Position numbers and translations under genes: made by a program. This document shows, one piece after another, positions 1 through 11,540 of a stretch of 64,000 bases of DNA. The stretch's first letter is position 1. Each line of letters begins with the position of its first letter. The notes beneath the pieces are model-generated. The model was given only the letters and a program-made list of their open reading frames with translations, was not told the origin of the DNA and searched no databases. Source of the DNA: Alphaproteobacteria bacterium (lineage in GTDB: Bacteria; Pseudomonadota; Alphaproteobacteria; RF32; CAG-239); contig JAZNJJ010000024.1 of assembly GCA_045577985.1 (NCBI GenBank), positions 82,041 to 146,040 on the forward strand, written 5' to 3'.

Positions 1-1
1 A

Positions 2-631
2 CTTAATGATATATTACGGATTGGTATGGATTCACTTAAAATTGAAGGTCGAAATAAAACAGAATATTATGCAGGAACGGTTGCAAGAGCTTACAGAATG
101 GCTATAGATGACTATTATAAAAATCCACAAGAATGGGATTATAATAAGTATATGAATGATTTGTATGCATTACAAAATAGAGGATATTGTTTAGGTTTTC
201 ATGATGGGAAATTAACAAATATCAGTCAAAATTATGAATATACAAGAACGCTGGGTGAGTGGCTGTTTGCCGGTTCAATTGTTGATTGGCAAGGAGATGA
301 TGCTATTTTTGAAGTAAGGAATTATATAAATTCAGGAGAAACAATAGAATTTTTGGTGCCAAAATCTTTGGAGAATATTTCTTTAGTGTTGAATGAATTT
401 GAAGATGCTGTAAGTGGAGAAGTTTCATCTAAAGTTTCCGCAGGACAAGGTAAAAAAATAAGAATTAAAGCTAATGCTTGGAAACGAGATATTAAAGATA
501 TAAAAAGATTGTTACCTCAGTATGTTATAGCTCGAAAACTACAAGGATTGAACGGTCAAAATAAAGAAATGTATGAACGTAAAAAAGATGAATTTGAACA
601 ATTAATTGAGGGATGTCCTTTAGAGGAATAA
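2..631 (+). CDS. 3' part of a CDS cut by the window start (open in frame from nt 2); possibly the C-terminal domain of a U32-family peptidase
   Basis: The reading frame stays open back to the window edge and ends at a stop directly upstream of miaA. The U32 assignment rests on weak recalled similarity only. Confidence 0.35.
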   Translation, partial: LNDILRIGMDSLKIEGRNKTEYYAGTVARAYRMAIDDYYKNPQEWDYNKYMNDLYALQNRGYCLGFHDGKLTNISQNYEYTRTLGEWLFAGSIVDWQGDDAIFEVRNYINSGETIEFLVPKSLENISLVLNEFEDAVSGEVSSKVSAGQGKKIRIKANAWKRDIKDIKRLLPQYVIARKLQGLNGQNKEMYERKKDEFEQLIEGCPLEE

Positions 632-634
632 TTT

Positions 635-1570
635 ATGAATAATAATTTGGTTGTTGTTATCGCCGGTCCTACTGCATCAGGAAAGTCTTCTTTGGCTATA
701 GATTTAGCAAAAAATGTTAATGGAGTTGTGATTAATTGTGATGCAATGCAAATTTATAAAGATATTCCAATTATTGCGGCAACTCCATCAATTAACGATA
801 AAAAGATGGTTGAGCATCGGCTGTATGAAATTTATGATTGTTCTAAGCGGGGTAACGTTGTTGAATGGTTGGATTTATGTGTTCGTGAAATAAAGGATTT
901 GTGGAAAAATAATATGGTGCCAATCGTTGTCGGTGGTACGGGAATGTATATAGATGCTTTGATCAACGGAGTGACACCTATTCCTGAAGTTGATGAATGT
1001 GTACGTCAAGAAGTTCAAAGTTTGTTTAAGGAGAAAGGTTTAGGTTTTTTGTATAATTATTTGACTTCTATAGATGCGGAAATGGCTCAAAGATTGAGTG
1101 AAAATGATAAGACGAGAATTACCAGAGCTGTTGAAATTTATAAAGCAACGGGAAAGAAGTTATCTGATTGGTACAAAGTTCCAATGATTAAAAAAATTCC
1201 TGAAGCAAAATTTTTAGTTGTTAAAATTGTACCGGATTTGGATGATATAGAAAAAAGATGTAAAATCAGATTAGATAAAATGGTTAATGAATTAGGGGTG
1301 TTGAAAGAAATAGAATTACTTGTAAGGAAAAATTTATCTGCTGATTTGCCTGCGATGAAAGCCTTGGGGGTACCAGAATTAAGGAAATTTGTTGATGGAG
1401 AATTATCATTAAATGAGGCTTTGGATTTAGCTAAACTTCATACTAGGCAGTATGCTAAAAGACAACGTACTTGGTTGAAAAACAAGCTTGTTGCTGATAT
1501 TACTTTTGATAAAGCATATGACGGACAAGATAATTATTTACAACAGATTGTTAATACAATAAATTGGTGA
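635..1570 (+). CDS. miaA: tRNA dimethylallyltransferase
   Basis: N-terminal P-loop VVIAGPTASGKSSLA..., a length of about 310 aa, and the typical IPP-transferase layout. Confidence 0.9.
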   Translation: MNNNLVVVIAGPTASGKSSLAIDLAKNVNGVVINCDAMQIYKDIPIIAATPSINDKKMVEHRLYEIYDCSKRGNVVEWLDLCVREIKDLWKNNMVPIVVGGTGMYIDALINGVTPIPEVDECVRQEVQSLFKEKGLGFLYNYLTSIDAEMAQRLSENDKTRITRAVEIYKATGKKLSDWYKVPMIKKIPEAKFLVVKIVPDLDDIEKRCKIRLDKMVNELGVLKEIELLVRKNLSADLPAMKALGVPELRKFVDGELSLNEALDLAKLHTRQYAKRQRTWLKNKLVADITFDKAYDGQDNYLQQIVNTINW

Positions 1571-1628
1571 AAAATGCTATTATATCTTGCACATTAGATG
1601 AATCAGTTATAAAAATAATAAAAAATAA

Positions 1629-2687
<1,059 letters not shown>

Positions 2688-2718
2688 AAATTAAAGTTTT
2701 ATTTTAGAGGATAAGGAT

Positions 2719-3597
2719 ATGAAGCATCGGAAAGTCCTGCTTATAAAAATAGGCGAATTAAAGGTTTTGCTCCGTAGGTTTTTTATCCTTATCCTTTTTT
2801 TAGGTGCTTTTTTTTCAATACTGTTGAGTCGTTTTGATAGTTTTTTAGTAGATACCGTTCATAAAGTTGTCTTAGATGTTACTGGTCCGGTTATGCATGT
2901 TGTGGAATTTCCTTCTAGGGTTATTTACAAGGTTTATACTTATTTCTATGATTTGAGTCATATTTATTCGGAAAACAGGTCTTTACGTTTGGAAAATAAA
3001 CAAATGATGATTCTGCAGAATAAAGTTCGTACTTTAGAAGTAGAAAATCAACTTTTGGAGCGTTTATTGAATTATACGCCTCCTGCAGAAGCTACATTTA
3101 TAAGCGCTAAAATAATTGCAGAATCTGGAGATAATTTTACTCATACTCTCTTAGTATATATTGGTGATAATGATGTAAAAAAAGGACAGATTGTTCTAGG
3201 TGATGAGAGTGTTATTGGGCGTATAGATAAGGTTAGCGGTAAGTATGCAAAAGTTATTTTAGTAACTGATATTAATTCTAAAATTCCGGTTGTTGTTGAA
3301 AGAACAAGAGCTCGTGGAATTTTGAGTGGAAATAATACTTCTATGCCATTATTGATTTTTACTCGTTCTACAGCGGATATTCAAGAAGGAGATGTTGTTG
3401 TTACTTCAGGAGTTGGCGGTATGTTTCCTGCAGGTTTACCTGTTGGATTTATAAGTTCAATGAAAAAAGGTGAAATTGAAGTTGAAACAATGGCTGATAT
3501 TAGTAGAGTTGAATATGTTAGAATTGTTGACTATGGTTTATCTAATGAAGACGAATCTTTATCTAAGATGTTAGAGAGTGGTGATAATGCAAGATAA
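2719..3597 (+). CDS. mreC: rod shape-determining protein MreC
   Basis: N-terminal TM segment, coiled coil, then a beta-rich C-terminus; lies between mreB and mreD. Confidence 0.8.
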   Translation: MKHRKVLLIKIGELKVLLRRFFILILFLGAFFSILLSRFDSFLVDTVHKVVLDVTGPVMHVVEFPSRVIYKVYTYFYDLSHIYSENRSLRLENKQMMILQNKVRTLEVENQLLERLLNYTPPAEATFISAKIIAESGDNFTHTLLVYIGDNDVKKGQIVLGDESVIGRIDKVSGKYAKVILVTDINSKIPVVVERTRARGILSGNNTSMPLLIFTRSTADIQEGDVVVTSGVGGMFPAGLPVGFISSMKKGEIEVETMADISRVEYVRIVDYGLSNEDESLSKMLESGDNAR

Positions 3598-4114
3598 CTG
3601 GAAAGAAAAATTGCAGTTGTTTTTGCGTCATCGTATTCCTTTGGTGGCTAGTATATTTTTTATGTTTATTTTTTTTGTACCACTAAATTCTTTAGAACTA
3701 AATTATTTTCGTCCTGCAGTTGGAATGATTTGTGTTTATTATTGGACTTTAAAAAGAGGTTATATGTTTAACTATATATCTTCTTTTATTATAGGTTTTT
3801 TGATTGATATTTATAGCTCAACACCTTTGGGTATTAATATTTTAATAATGATGTTGTTGGTTTTTATTGTTGATTTTCTAGCAAGATATTTTAAATATGC
3901 ATCGTTTTATGTTAGTTGGTTGATGTTTGTTTTTGTTGGTTTACTTGTTACGTTTGTTAAATGGTTATTGTTTGTTGTTTATTATAAACAGTTTGTATCC
4001 ATTGCAGAAATAATGTTGAGCTTTGCATCTACAGTAATGTTTTATCCGTTAATCGTATATTTTAATATTTGGATACAGAATAGTTTGTTGCTTCAAGAGA
4101 GAATAAATGAGTAG
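3578..4114 (+). CDS. mreD: rod shape-determining protein MreD
   Basis: Small polytopic membrane protein that overlaps mreC and mrdA, consistent with translational coupling. Confidence 0.7.
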   Translation: MVIMQDNWKEKLQLFLRHRIPLVASIFFMFIFFVPLNSLELNYFRPAVGMICVYYWTLKRGYMFNYISSFIIGFLIDIYSSTPLGINILIMMLLVFIVDFLARYFKYASFYVSWLMFVFVGLLVTFVKWLLFVVYYKQFVSIAEIMLSFASTVMFYPLIVYFNIWIQNSLLLQERINE

Positions 4115-5915
4115 AAATAATGAGAAAGTGAGAGTGTTAAATCGCAGAATGATTTTTATCATTTTGTTTAATTTATTATCTTTTATTCTTATCATTTCGA
4201 GACTTTATTTTTTACAAGTTTATGAGTCAGATAAGTATAGAATGTTGTCTGATGAAAATAGAATATCTACACGTTTTTTAGTCCCTCCAAGGGGTATTGT
4301 TTATGATAGAAATGGAGAATTAATTGCTAGAAATGAACAGGATTTTCATGCTTTAATGATTGCAGAGCAAACGCCGGATGTTAATGAAACTTTAGATAAA
4401 TTACGTACGTTAATTGATTTGACTCAGGAAGATGAAGGAAAAATTACAAAAGAGATAAAAAATAAAAAACGTTTTCTTCCTGTTAAGATAAAAAATAATT
4501 TGAATTGGGAAGAGGTTTCTAAAATATTATTAAATGCTCCTGATTTACCCGGGGTAGAAATTAGTGAGGGGTTAAGTAGATATTATCCATATTCTTCGCT
4601 ATATGCTCATGTGTTGGGTTATGTTGGACCTGTATCAGATAAGGATAAAAAAGATAATCCTTTGTATATGGTTCCAGGATTTAAAATTGGAAAATCGGGG
4701 TTAGAACGGTTTTATGATGGTCGTTTACAAGGAAAAGGTGGAACTGTAAAATTAGAAGTTAATGCATATGGTAGAGTAATGAAAGAAATTGAACGAAATA
4801 CCGGTGAAGAAGGTGATAGTTTAATTTTGACTGTCGATTCAAGATTGCAAGAAGCTGCTTATGAAGCATTTAGAGATGAAAGTGGAGCAGCTGTTGTGTT
4901 AGACGTTCGAACTGGTGAAATACTCGCGTTGGTTTCTACACCATCTTTTGATCCAAATTTATTTACGAATGGTATAAGTCATAAACATTGGAATTCGTTG
5001 TTAAATAACGAAAAAACACCTTTAATAAATAAAGCTGTTTCCGGACAATATTCTCCAGGTTCAACTTTTAAGATTGTTGTTGCTTTGGCTGCATTAGAGG
5101 CGGGAATCATAAATGCAAATACAAGATTTAATTGTACGGGAGGTATAAATATCGGAAATATCCGTTTCCATTGTTGGAAACATGCAGGTCATGGAAGTTT
5201 GAATCTTGTTGAAGCGTTAAAGTATTCTTGCGATGTTTATTTTTATGAAGTGGCAATGAAAGTAGGTATTGATAAAATCAGAGATATGGCTTTAAAGTTA
5301 GGAATGGGTGATGTTCTTAATGTTGGTTTAGATAATGAGAAAAGAGGATTGATTCCTTCAAAAGAATGGAAAAAGTCAAAATATGGAGTTTCGTGGACTT
5401 ATGGTGATGCTGCTAATTCTGGAATTGGACAAGGGTATGTCTTAACTACTCCTATTCAGTTAGCAACTATGTTGGCTAGGGTAGTGAATGGGGGATATGC
5501 AGTTAATCCTACATTTGTAAAAATGTCAGAGGAAGATTTGAATAAAATCAATCGCTTAGATATATCAACAAAAAATATAGAATTAATAAAAAAAGGACTG
5601 TTTGAAGTCGTTAATGGAAGTGGTGGGACGGCTGCTAGCGCAAGGTTTAATTTAAATGGTGATAAAATGGGGGGGAAAACTGGAACAACTCAGGTACGAC
5701 GTATTTCTATGAAAGAACGGCAAACAGGTATTATTAAGGATGAAGATTTACCATGGAAATTAAGAAATCATGCTTTGTTTGTTGGATTTGCTCCTGTTGA
5801 TAATCCACGTTATGCAGTGGCAGTTGTTGTTGAGCATGGTTCTTCCGGATCAGGTGTTGCTGCACCTATTGCAAGTCTAATTTTGCAAACTGCTTTAGAA
5901 TTGAGAATTGAATAG
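4107..5915 (+). CDS. mrdA: peptidoglycan D,D-transpeptidase PBP2
   Basis: STFK (SxxK) and KTGT motifs, an N-terminal TM anchor, and position just upstream of rodA. Confidence 0.9.
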   Translation: MSRNNEKVRVLNRRMIFIILFNLLSFILIISRLYFLQVYESDKYRMLSDENRISTRFLVPPRGIVYDRNGELIARNEQDFHALMIAEQTPDVNETLDKLRTLIDLTQEDEGKITKEIKNKKRFLPVKIKNNLNWEEVSKILLNAPDLPGVEISEGLSRYYPYSSLYAHVLGYVGPVSDKDKKDNPLYMVPGFKIGKSGLERFYDGRLQGKGGTVKLEVNAYGRVMKEIERNTGEEGDSLILTVDSRLQEAAYEAFRDESGAAVVLDVRTGEILALVSTPSFDPNLFTNGISHKHWNSLLNNEKTPLINKAVSGQYSPGSTFKIVVALAALEAGIINANTRFNCTGGINIGNIRFHCWKHAGHGSLNLVEALKYSCDVYFYEVAMKVGIDKIRDMALKLGMGDVLNVGLDNEKRGLIPSKEWKKSKYGVSWTYGDAANSGIGQGYVLTTPIQLATMLARVVNGGYAVNPTFVKMSEEDLNKINRLDISTKNIELIKKGLFEVVNGSGGTAASARFNLNGDKMGGKTGTTQVRRISMKERQTGIIKDEDLPWKLRNHALFVGFAPVDNPRYAVAVVVEHGSSGSGVAAPIASLILQTALELRIE

Positions 5916-7062
5916 GATTTATATTATGTATGATCTAAGTTTTTCTAATAAAAAATTATCGTTGAGAGATAAACTTTGCAATTTGAATTATTTATATATT
6001 TTCTTAATCATTATTCTCTCTTTTATAGGTGCTGTAACATTGTATTCTGCCGCGAATGGTTCTTGGGAACCATGGGCTATCAAGCATGTTATTCGTTTTG
6101 GTTTTGCGTTTTCAATTATGATCTTTTTATCATTATTAGATGTAAAATATTATTATAAATTATCTTATTTATTTTATTTTGGTTCATTAGTTTTGCTTAT
6201 TGCAGTAGAAGTTACTGGGCATATAGGTATGGGAGCCCAAAGATGGATTAATTTTGGGATATTTAGAATACAACCTTCTGAATTGATGAAAATTGGTATG
6301 GTTTTATTTTTAGCCAGATATTTTAGTTCTATGACTATGCAAAGTATTAGGTCTGTGAGAGGGGTAATTATTCCGACTGTTATGGCTTTGATTCCTGTTG
6401 CTTTGATTATCTTGCAACCTGATTTAGGTACTGGTTTAATGCTTTTATTTACAACAACTATTTTATTATTTGTAATAGGGGTCCAATGGTGGAAATTTGC
6501 TTCTGTTGGTGTTATTATTGTTACATTATTGCCTATTGCATGGAATTTTTTACATGAATATCAAAGAAATAGAGTGTTAACTTTTTTAAATCCTGAAAGA
6601 GATCCTTTAGGTGCAGGATATCATATAATTCAATCAAAAATAGCTTTTGGTTCAGGTGGAATATTTGGAAAAGGTTTTTTACATGGAACACAAACACATT
6701 TAAATTTTTTACCTGAAAAACATACTGATTTTATTTTTACAATGTTTTCGGAAGAGTTCGGAATGGTCGGGAGTGTTTTTATTGTATTAATTAATATGCT
6801 TGTTATAGCAATGGGATATATGTTTGCTTTTAAAACGAAAAATTATTTCGCAAAGTTGGTTATTATCGGATTAAATACTAATTATTTTTTGTATGTATTT
6901 ATAAATATCGCTATGGTTATGGGATTATTGCCTGTTGTGGGAGTTCCATTACCTCTAATTTCTTATGGTGGAACAGTTATGTTTTCGATTATGGTAAGTT
7001 TTGGAATCATTTTGTGTATGTATGTAAATCAAAATAATAATATGAATGTAGATGATGATTAA
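5908..7062 (+). CDS. mrdB: peptidoglycan glycosyltransferase RodA (SEDS family)
   Basis: FtsW/RodA polytopic pattern; overlaps the mrdA stop codon. Confidence 0.9.
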   Translation: MNRIYIMYDLSFSNKKLSLRDKLCNLNYLYIFLIIILSFIGAVTLYSAANGSWEPWAIKHVIRFGFAFSIMIFLSLLDVKYYYKLSYLFYFGSLVLLIAVEVTGHIGMGAQRWINFGIFRIQPSELMKIGMVLFLARYFSSMTMQSIRSVRGVIIPTVMALIPVALIILQPDLGTGLMLLFTTTILLFVIGVQWWKFASVGVIIVTLLPIAWNFLHEYQRNRVLTFLNPERDPLGAGYHIIQSKIAFGSGGIFGKGFLHGTQTHLNFLPEKHTDFIFTMFSEEFGMVGSVFIVLINMLVIAMGYMFAFKTKNYFAKLVIIGLNTNYFLYVFINIAMVMGLLPVVGVPLPLISYGGTVMFSIMVSFGIILCMYVNQNNNMNVDDD

Positions 7063-7118
7063 TTGAAAAACTCCGAATGTAGATTATTTATAATATATAA
7101 TTATCTAGGAGTTTAATT

Positions 7119-7523
7119 ATGAAAACATTGTTTATTATGAGTTTTATCTTTTTGTTATTCGCTTGTGAAACAGTTGGAAATTATAATGCTAATCTAAATA
7201 GATGGGTTGGAAAACCGGAAAAGAATTTAATATATGTATGGGGTGAACCTAATAGTATTTTTAAATTAGGGCAAAATGAAGAAATTATAACATATATTAA
7301 GAAAGATAGAGTTATTGTTCCTCCGCAAATCACTATGTATGATCCTGATTTTAATAGCGTTGATACATTATACGCTCCATTTAGTTATGATGAAGACTTT
7401 ACTTTGCCTCTGTCTGAAAGTAATGGCTATATTGTAAATAATATCTGTCGCACGTCTTTTCATATTAAAGATGGAATTATCCAATCTTGGCAATGGAAAG
7501 GCAATGATTGTGTTGCATTCTAG
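7119..7523 (+). CDS. hypothetical lipoprotein
   Basis: Signal peptide with lipobox LLFAC; no recognisable domain. Confidence 0.5.
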   Translation: MKTLFIMSFIFLLFACETVGNYNANLNRWVGKPEKNLIYVWGEPNSIFKLGQNEEIITYIKKDRVIVPPQITMYDPDFNSVDTLYAPFSYDEDFTLPLSESNGYIVNNICRTSFHIKDGIIQSWQWKGNDCVAF

Positions 7524-8713
7524 CTAATTCTCGACTGAGACATATGATTAATAAGCCTCGTTGGAAGATTATTTAATAAAGTTTTTTTATTTAAATTGTG
7601 ATTAGTTTGATTTAGCAGATTTTCTTTTGCTTTGGTCATACTTTTAGCTATGATGATTGTTTGTAAATCAGCAGGTAGACTTTTTACATAATCAGAGCTT
7701 GTATTGATTTTTTCGCCATTATATGATTGATATGGCACATTATTTATACTACATACTACCATGAACATTTGTCTTAATTCAGCCGGCATAGGATGACAAT
7801 CATTGGAAGCAAGATTTTGTAAGTTTAAACCAATATTTTCTTTTTTAGCAATTTGTACAATTTCTTGTATTTTTGTTGGTATATTAGTTAAATTATTATT
7901 GTTATAATTACTAATAAGTTGGTGTATTTTGGCCTCAAGGGGTATTGTTTTCAATATATTTTTATTGTGTTGTTTTTGTTCGAAATTCGGCAGAACGGTT
8001 TTTGTTAACAATTCTATTGTTTCTGGCTTAAAGTGGTATAACTTTGCCTGTATACGAGGATCTTTCATGTAATTAAGAAATGTTTCCTGACGATTTTCTC
8101 TTTCTATTTTTTGCATTAAATCAGTTACTTTAGGTAATAGCTCATCTTGGGTAATTTTTCCTCGATTATATAAAGCAAATAAATGTAGTAACATTTTTTC
8201 AGGTTGATTTTTAGCACAATCTTTCTCAATGATATCCTTAGTCTTTTTCCGACTTTCCTCCCATAACTTCTTTTCTTCTTTGGTCATTGTTTGCGTTATA
8301 GCTTTTGTTCGTAAGGTATTTCGGAATAAACTTTCTTTTGCGAGTTCTTTTGAAGCTTGGAGACTATATCCAGCTATCGCGGCAGCAACAAAAGGAGGTG
8401 AAGTTACAATTTCTTTATAATCAGGGATGTATGATGATTGTTTTTCTTCATATGGATCTTTATTATATTCAATTTTTCGTAATGCTTCAAAATTATCTTT
8501 GGCTGCTAATTCTATAATTTCATAAGGTAAGCGTCCACCATATCTTAGGCGGATTGAGGCAGGTACTTTTATCCAATTCTGAAAGTAATTGTTGTAATCA
8601 CTATATATGCGAGATAAAGTTTCCGGTTTTACATCATCCGACATGGCTTTGTAATAATCGGTTGTATGATTTGTTTTTAGAAACTCTATAAAGTCATCAC
8701 TAAAACCATGCAT
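7520..8713 (-). CDS. hypothetical protein (orphan, 397 aa)
   Basis: Long ORF preceded by a plausible RBS. No TM segment, signal peptide or known motif was recognised. Confidence 0.5.
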   Translation of the reverse strand: MHGFSDDFIEFLKTNHTTDYYKAMSDDVKPETLSRIYSDYNNYFQNWIKVPASIRLRYGGRLPYEIIELAAKDNFEALRKIEYNKDPYEEKQSSYIPDYKEIVTSPPFVAAAIAGYSLQASKELAKESLFRNTLRTKAITQTMTKEEKKLWEESRKKTKDIIEKDCAKNQPEKMLLHLFALYNRGKITQDELLPKVTDLMQKIERENRQETFLNYMKDPRIQAKLYHFKPETIELLTKTVLPNFEQKQHNKNILKTIPLEAKIHQLISNYNNNNLTNIPTKIQEIVQIAKKENIGLNLQNLASNDCHPMPAELRQMFMVVCSINNVPYQSYNGEKINTSSDYVKSLPADLQTIIIAKSMTKAKENLLNQTNHNLNKKTLLNNLPTRLINHMSQSRIS

Positions 8714-8743
8714 TTTATTTACCTCATATTATGTTTAGGTATG

Positions 8744-10093
8744 TTATCTACCATCCTTACTAAATTTATTTGTTAATCTAGCTATTGTTTCAGGTTTTAA
8801 CATCCCTTTATAATTTTCAAGTTCTTTTCCTTCTAAAGCTTTTACTTCATTACCTTTGTACTCTACTTTTGCATCTTTAGGAGCAATTCCTAAACGTGCA
8901 GCCATGATAAGATCTCGTTGATCTTCCTTTTTTTGTTGTTCAGCGGTTTGCTCAGGAGACATTTTAGCTCGTAGAGATTCTATTTGTTGTTTACGTAAAG
9001 CTTCATTTGTCGTTTTTTGTTCGTCTGTTTCTAGTTTAGAACCTAAAATTGTCTTTTTATCACCATCTTTACCAATTTCGGTTTCTTTTCGCTCTCCAGC
9101 ATTGGTATTCAATGCTTCTTGAATAATTTCCTTTACTAGTTCAGGGTTAGTTTTATATTGTTCCGCTAAGAAAGCTTTTCTGGCGTTTTCTTTTTCTTTC
9201 AATGCGAGATATTTATCTAAATCTTCTTTTGTTCCTCTTGTAGGATGAACGGTTGGCATTTGTTTATCACCTTGACCTATAAATGCTATTTTACCATTTA
9301 ATAGTTTCGCCATTTCTACTTCTTCACTTAGGGCATTTTTGATATCTTCTTTAGTTTTTTCCTCCGAAGAAGGTGTCTCAATTTCTTTTTTATTTTGAGG
9401 TTGAAGTTTGGCAAATTCATCTTTTACTTGTTGGATTTGTTCAGGAGATAATCCGCTATTTGCTAATGTTTGCTCATCTAGTTCTTTAGGAATTGCTCCT
9501 TGAACTTTATTACCATTTATTATGCAAGCAGCATACATATTAGTAGCAGTTTCTTTGGACGCATTTTCCGGAAAAATTACTGGACGACCTTTATTGTCAG
9601 GATCCTTTAGCATTGTATCAAAGGTGTTATAATCAGAATCTTTTGCAACAGTTACTGTATCCATATCTGTATAGTGTACACTTCCACCTTTGAAGGAAGC
9701 AGCAAATCCAGGTTTACTTTCATCTCTAACGTAATCTTGTATTTTTCCTTCAGTAGCTAAGGAATTATAATATTCGTTTTTACGGGCTATCCAATCATCA
9801 TTTTCGATGCTTTTGTCTTCATCTTTTTTACCAAAGGTATAGGTATCTCCTTCACTCTCTTTGGTTTTGTTATCATCTTTTTCTGTGTTATTTTTGTCTG
9901 ACTGATCGGGTTTTGGGTTTTTATCTTTATCGGAGTTTGAAGTATCTATAACAGGGGTATCTTTATGTTTGTCTTTTAAAGTTTCTAAATCTTCTTTATT
10001 TTGAATATTTGACCATTCTGCTTCTGGAATTCCTCTGTCAGTAAAGAATTTTTTATCTTCGTCCGTTAATTGAAAAGTTGGTGTATCAGTCAT
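8744..10093 (-). CDS. hypothetical K/D/E/T-rich, probably disordered protein (449 aa)
   Basis: Long ORF of highly charged, low-complexity sequence with no TM segment or signal peptide. Confidence 0.5.
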   Translation of the reverse strand: MTDTPTFQLTDEDKKFFTDRGIPEAEWSNIQNKEDLETLKDKHKDTPVIDTSNSDKDKNPKPDQSDKNNTEKDDNKTKESEGDTYTFGKKDEDKSIENDDWIARKNEYYNSLATEGKIQDYVRDESKPGFAASFKGGSVHYTDMDTVTVAKDSDYNTFDTMLKDPDNKGRPVIFPENASKETATNMYAACIINGNKVQGAIPKELDEQTLANSGLSPEQIQQVKDEFAKLQPQNKKEIETPSSEEKTKEDIKNALSEEVEMAKLLNGKIAFIGQGDKQMPTVHPTRGTKEDLDKYLALKEKENARKAFLAEQYKTNPELVKEIIQEALNTNAGERKETEIGKDGDKKTILGSKLETDEQKTTNEALRKQQIESLRAKMSPEQTAEQQKKEDQRDLIMAARLGIAPKDAKVEYKGNEVKALEGKELENYKGMLKPETIARLTNKFSKDGR

Positions 10094-10140
10094 CTTAATA
10101 ATCCTTTCTAATAAGAGAATTTTTATCTTATAGTTTCATT

Positions 10141-11379
10141 TTAGCATGTTTTTCGACTTTTGTCTATGCTTTTTGTGTAAAATGAGGTTATTTTATTGTT
10201 GTCAAAATCAGAGTTGGTTATTCCAATGTAATTGATTAAGGTTTTATCTATTTGTTCTTTTGCTATATTATATTGTTCTAAGGCTTTATCGTAAATTTTT
10301 CCTATTTGTGTTTTGTGGTAATCTATATGGTAGCTTTCCTCAACAATATTTCGTATTTTGCCCATTTCTTCTTCAGGAGATAATGTGGTAAGAGGGGGAT
10401 TTTGTGGAGATGGGCATTCTTCTAAATATTTTGTTTCCAAAGCGTTTCTAACGCCTTCTAAATAACATAATTTGGCAAATTCATTAAACATTGTTTGTGC
10501 CGCATCTTTTATGGCAATGATGTCATCGAGATTTGGTGAATGTCTTTGATTGCAAAAGTCTTTAAATGATTGATTAAATTCTTTCTTATTGTTTAAGAAA
10601 AGATTTATGAGGTTCAGTAAAGACGAATTATTAGACATTATTTTTATTAAAGATATTAATTTAATCATACTATTTCTATATCTTTCTGAGTATTTTTTTA
10701 GATATCTAGATTTATGACCAATGAAATTATGCTTTATTTCAAAATCAATGGAGATGTCTCCAAACTTTGTTATTTCTTCTAATGCGATACATAGATATTT
10801 ATGAAGATAGATTTTATTATAGAATAATAATATATCTGAGTAGTGAAAGTGTTTTATAATTTGAGAATATGTTTTAACAAAATCTTCTACTAGTGTAATT
10901 TCTACTTCATTTAAATTTTCTTCTTTGCATACTTGTATTTTTTCGAGTGATTTTCGATAATTTATTTCCAGATCAAGTAAGTTTTCTTTAAAATTTGGGG
11001 GCATGATAGTTGAAATTACACATTTTTTTTGGGCGCTTTGTCTACTTACAGATGTTAATCCTAACCAGAGTCTCAAGGATTGAACTTTAGGTGTTTGTTC
11101 TGGAATAATAATATTTTCTTCAAAATAGTGTTTGAATTGTTTATACTCTTTGTTTAATGATGATGAGTGTTTTATATCATAATGTGCTGCTTGAATGTAT
11201 TCTTTTATTTGGTGATGAAATATGATATAAGGAGATAATTGGCATGTGCTTTTATCAGCGATAACAAAATTGCCGGATGAATCCTGACAAAATGCAAAAT
11301 CAATATTATTGAAGTTTTTAAGAATCGGCTGTAAAAAAGACTTTTCTAGAGCTTGTTGTAAAAATAATTGATTATTCAT
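10141..11379 (-). CDS. hypothetical protein (orphan, 412 aa)
   Basis: Long ORF on the same strand as the two upstream orphans; no recognised domain. Confidence 0.5.
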   Translation of the reverse strand: MNNQLFLQQALEKSFLQPILKNFNNIDFAFCQDSSGNFVIADKSTCQLSPYIIFHHQIKEYIQAAHYDIKHSSSLNKEYKQFKHYFEENIIIPEQTPKVQSLRLWLGLTSVSRQSAQKKCVISTIMPPNFKENLLDLEINYRKSLEKIQVCKEENLNEVEITLVEDFVKTYSQIIKHFHYSDILLFYNKIYLHKYLCIALEEITKFGDISIDFEIKHNFIGHKSRYLKKYSERYRNSMIKLISLIKIMSNNSSLLNLINLFLNNKKEFNQSFKDFCNQRHSPNLDDIIAIKDAAQTMFNEFAKLCYLEGVRNALETKYLEECPSPQNPPLTTLSPEEEMGKIRNIVEESYHIDYHKTQIGKIYDKALEQYNIAKEQIDKTLINYIGITNSDFDNNKITSFYTKSIDKSRKTC

Positions 11380-11540
11380 AGTTACCCCTCTGAGTAATAG
11401 TTTAAATTTTATTTATTATAAATTAGTTAATCATAAGGAAAATTGAGAAGTTTTGAGTATAATGATAAAAATATTTTGAATTTTTTTATTTTGTGTGCTA
11501 GTTTTAAGCAATTGTTGTTTTTTTAAAGGAGAGGACTAAA

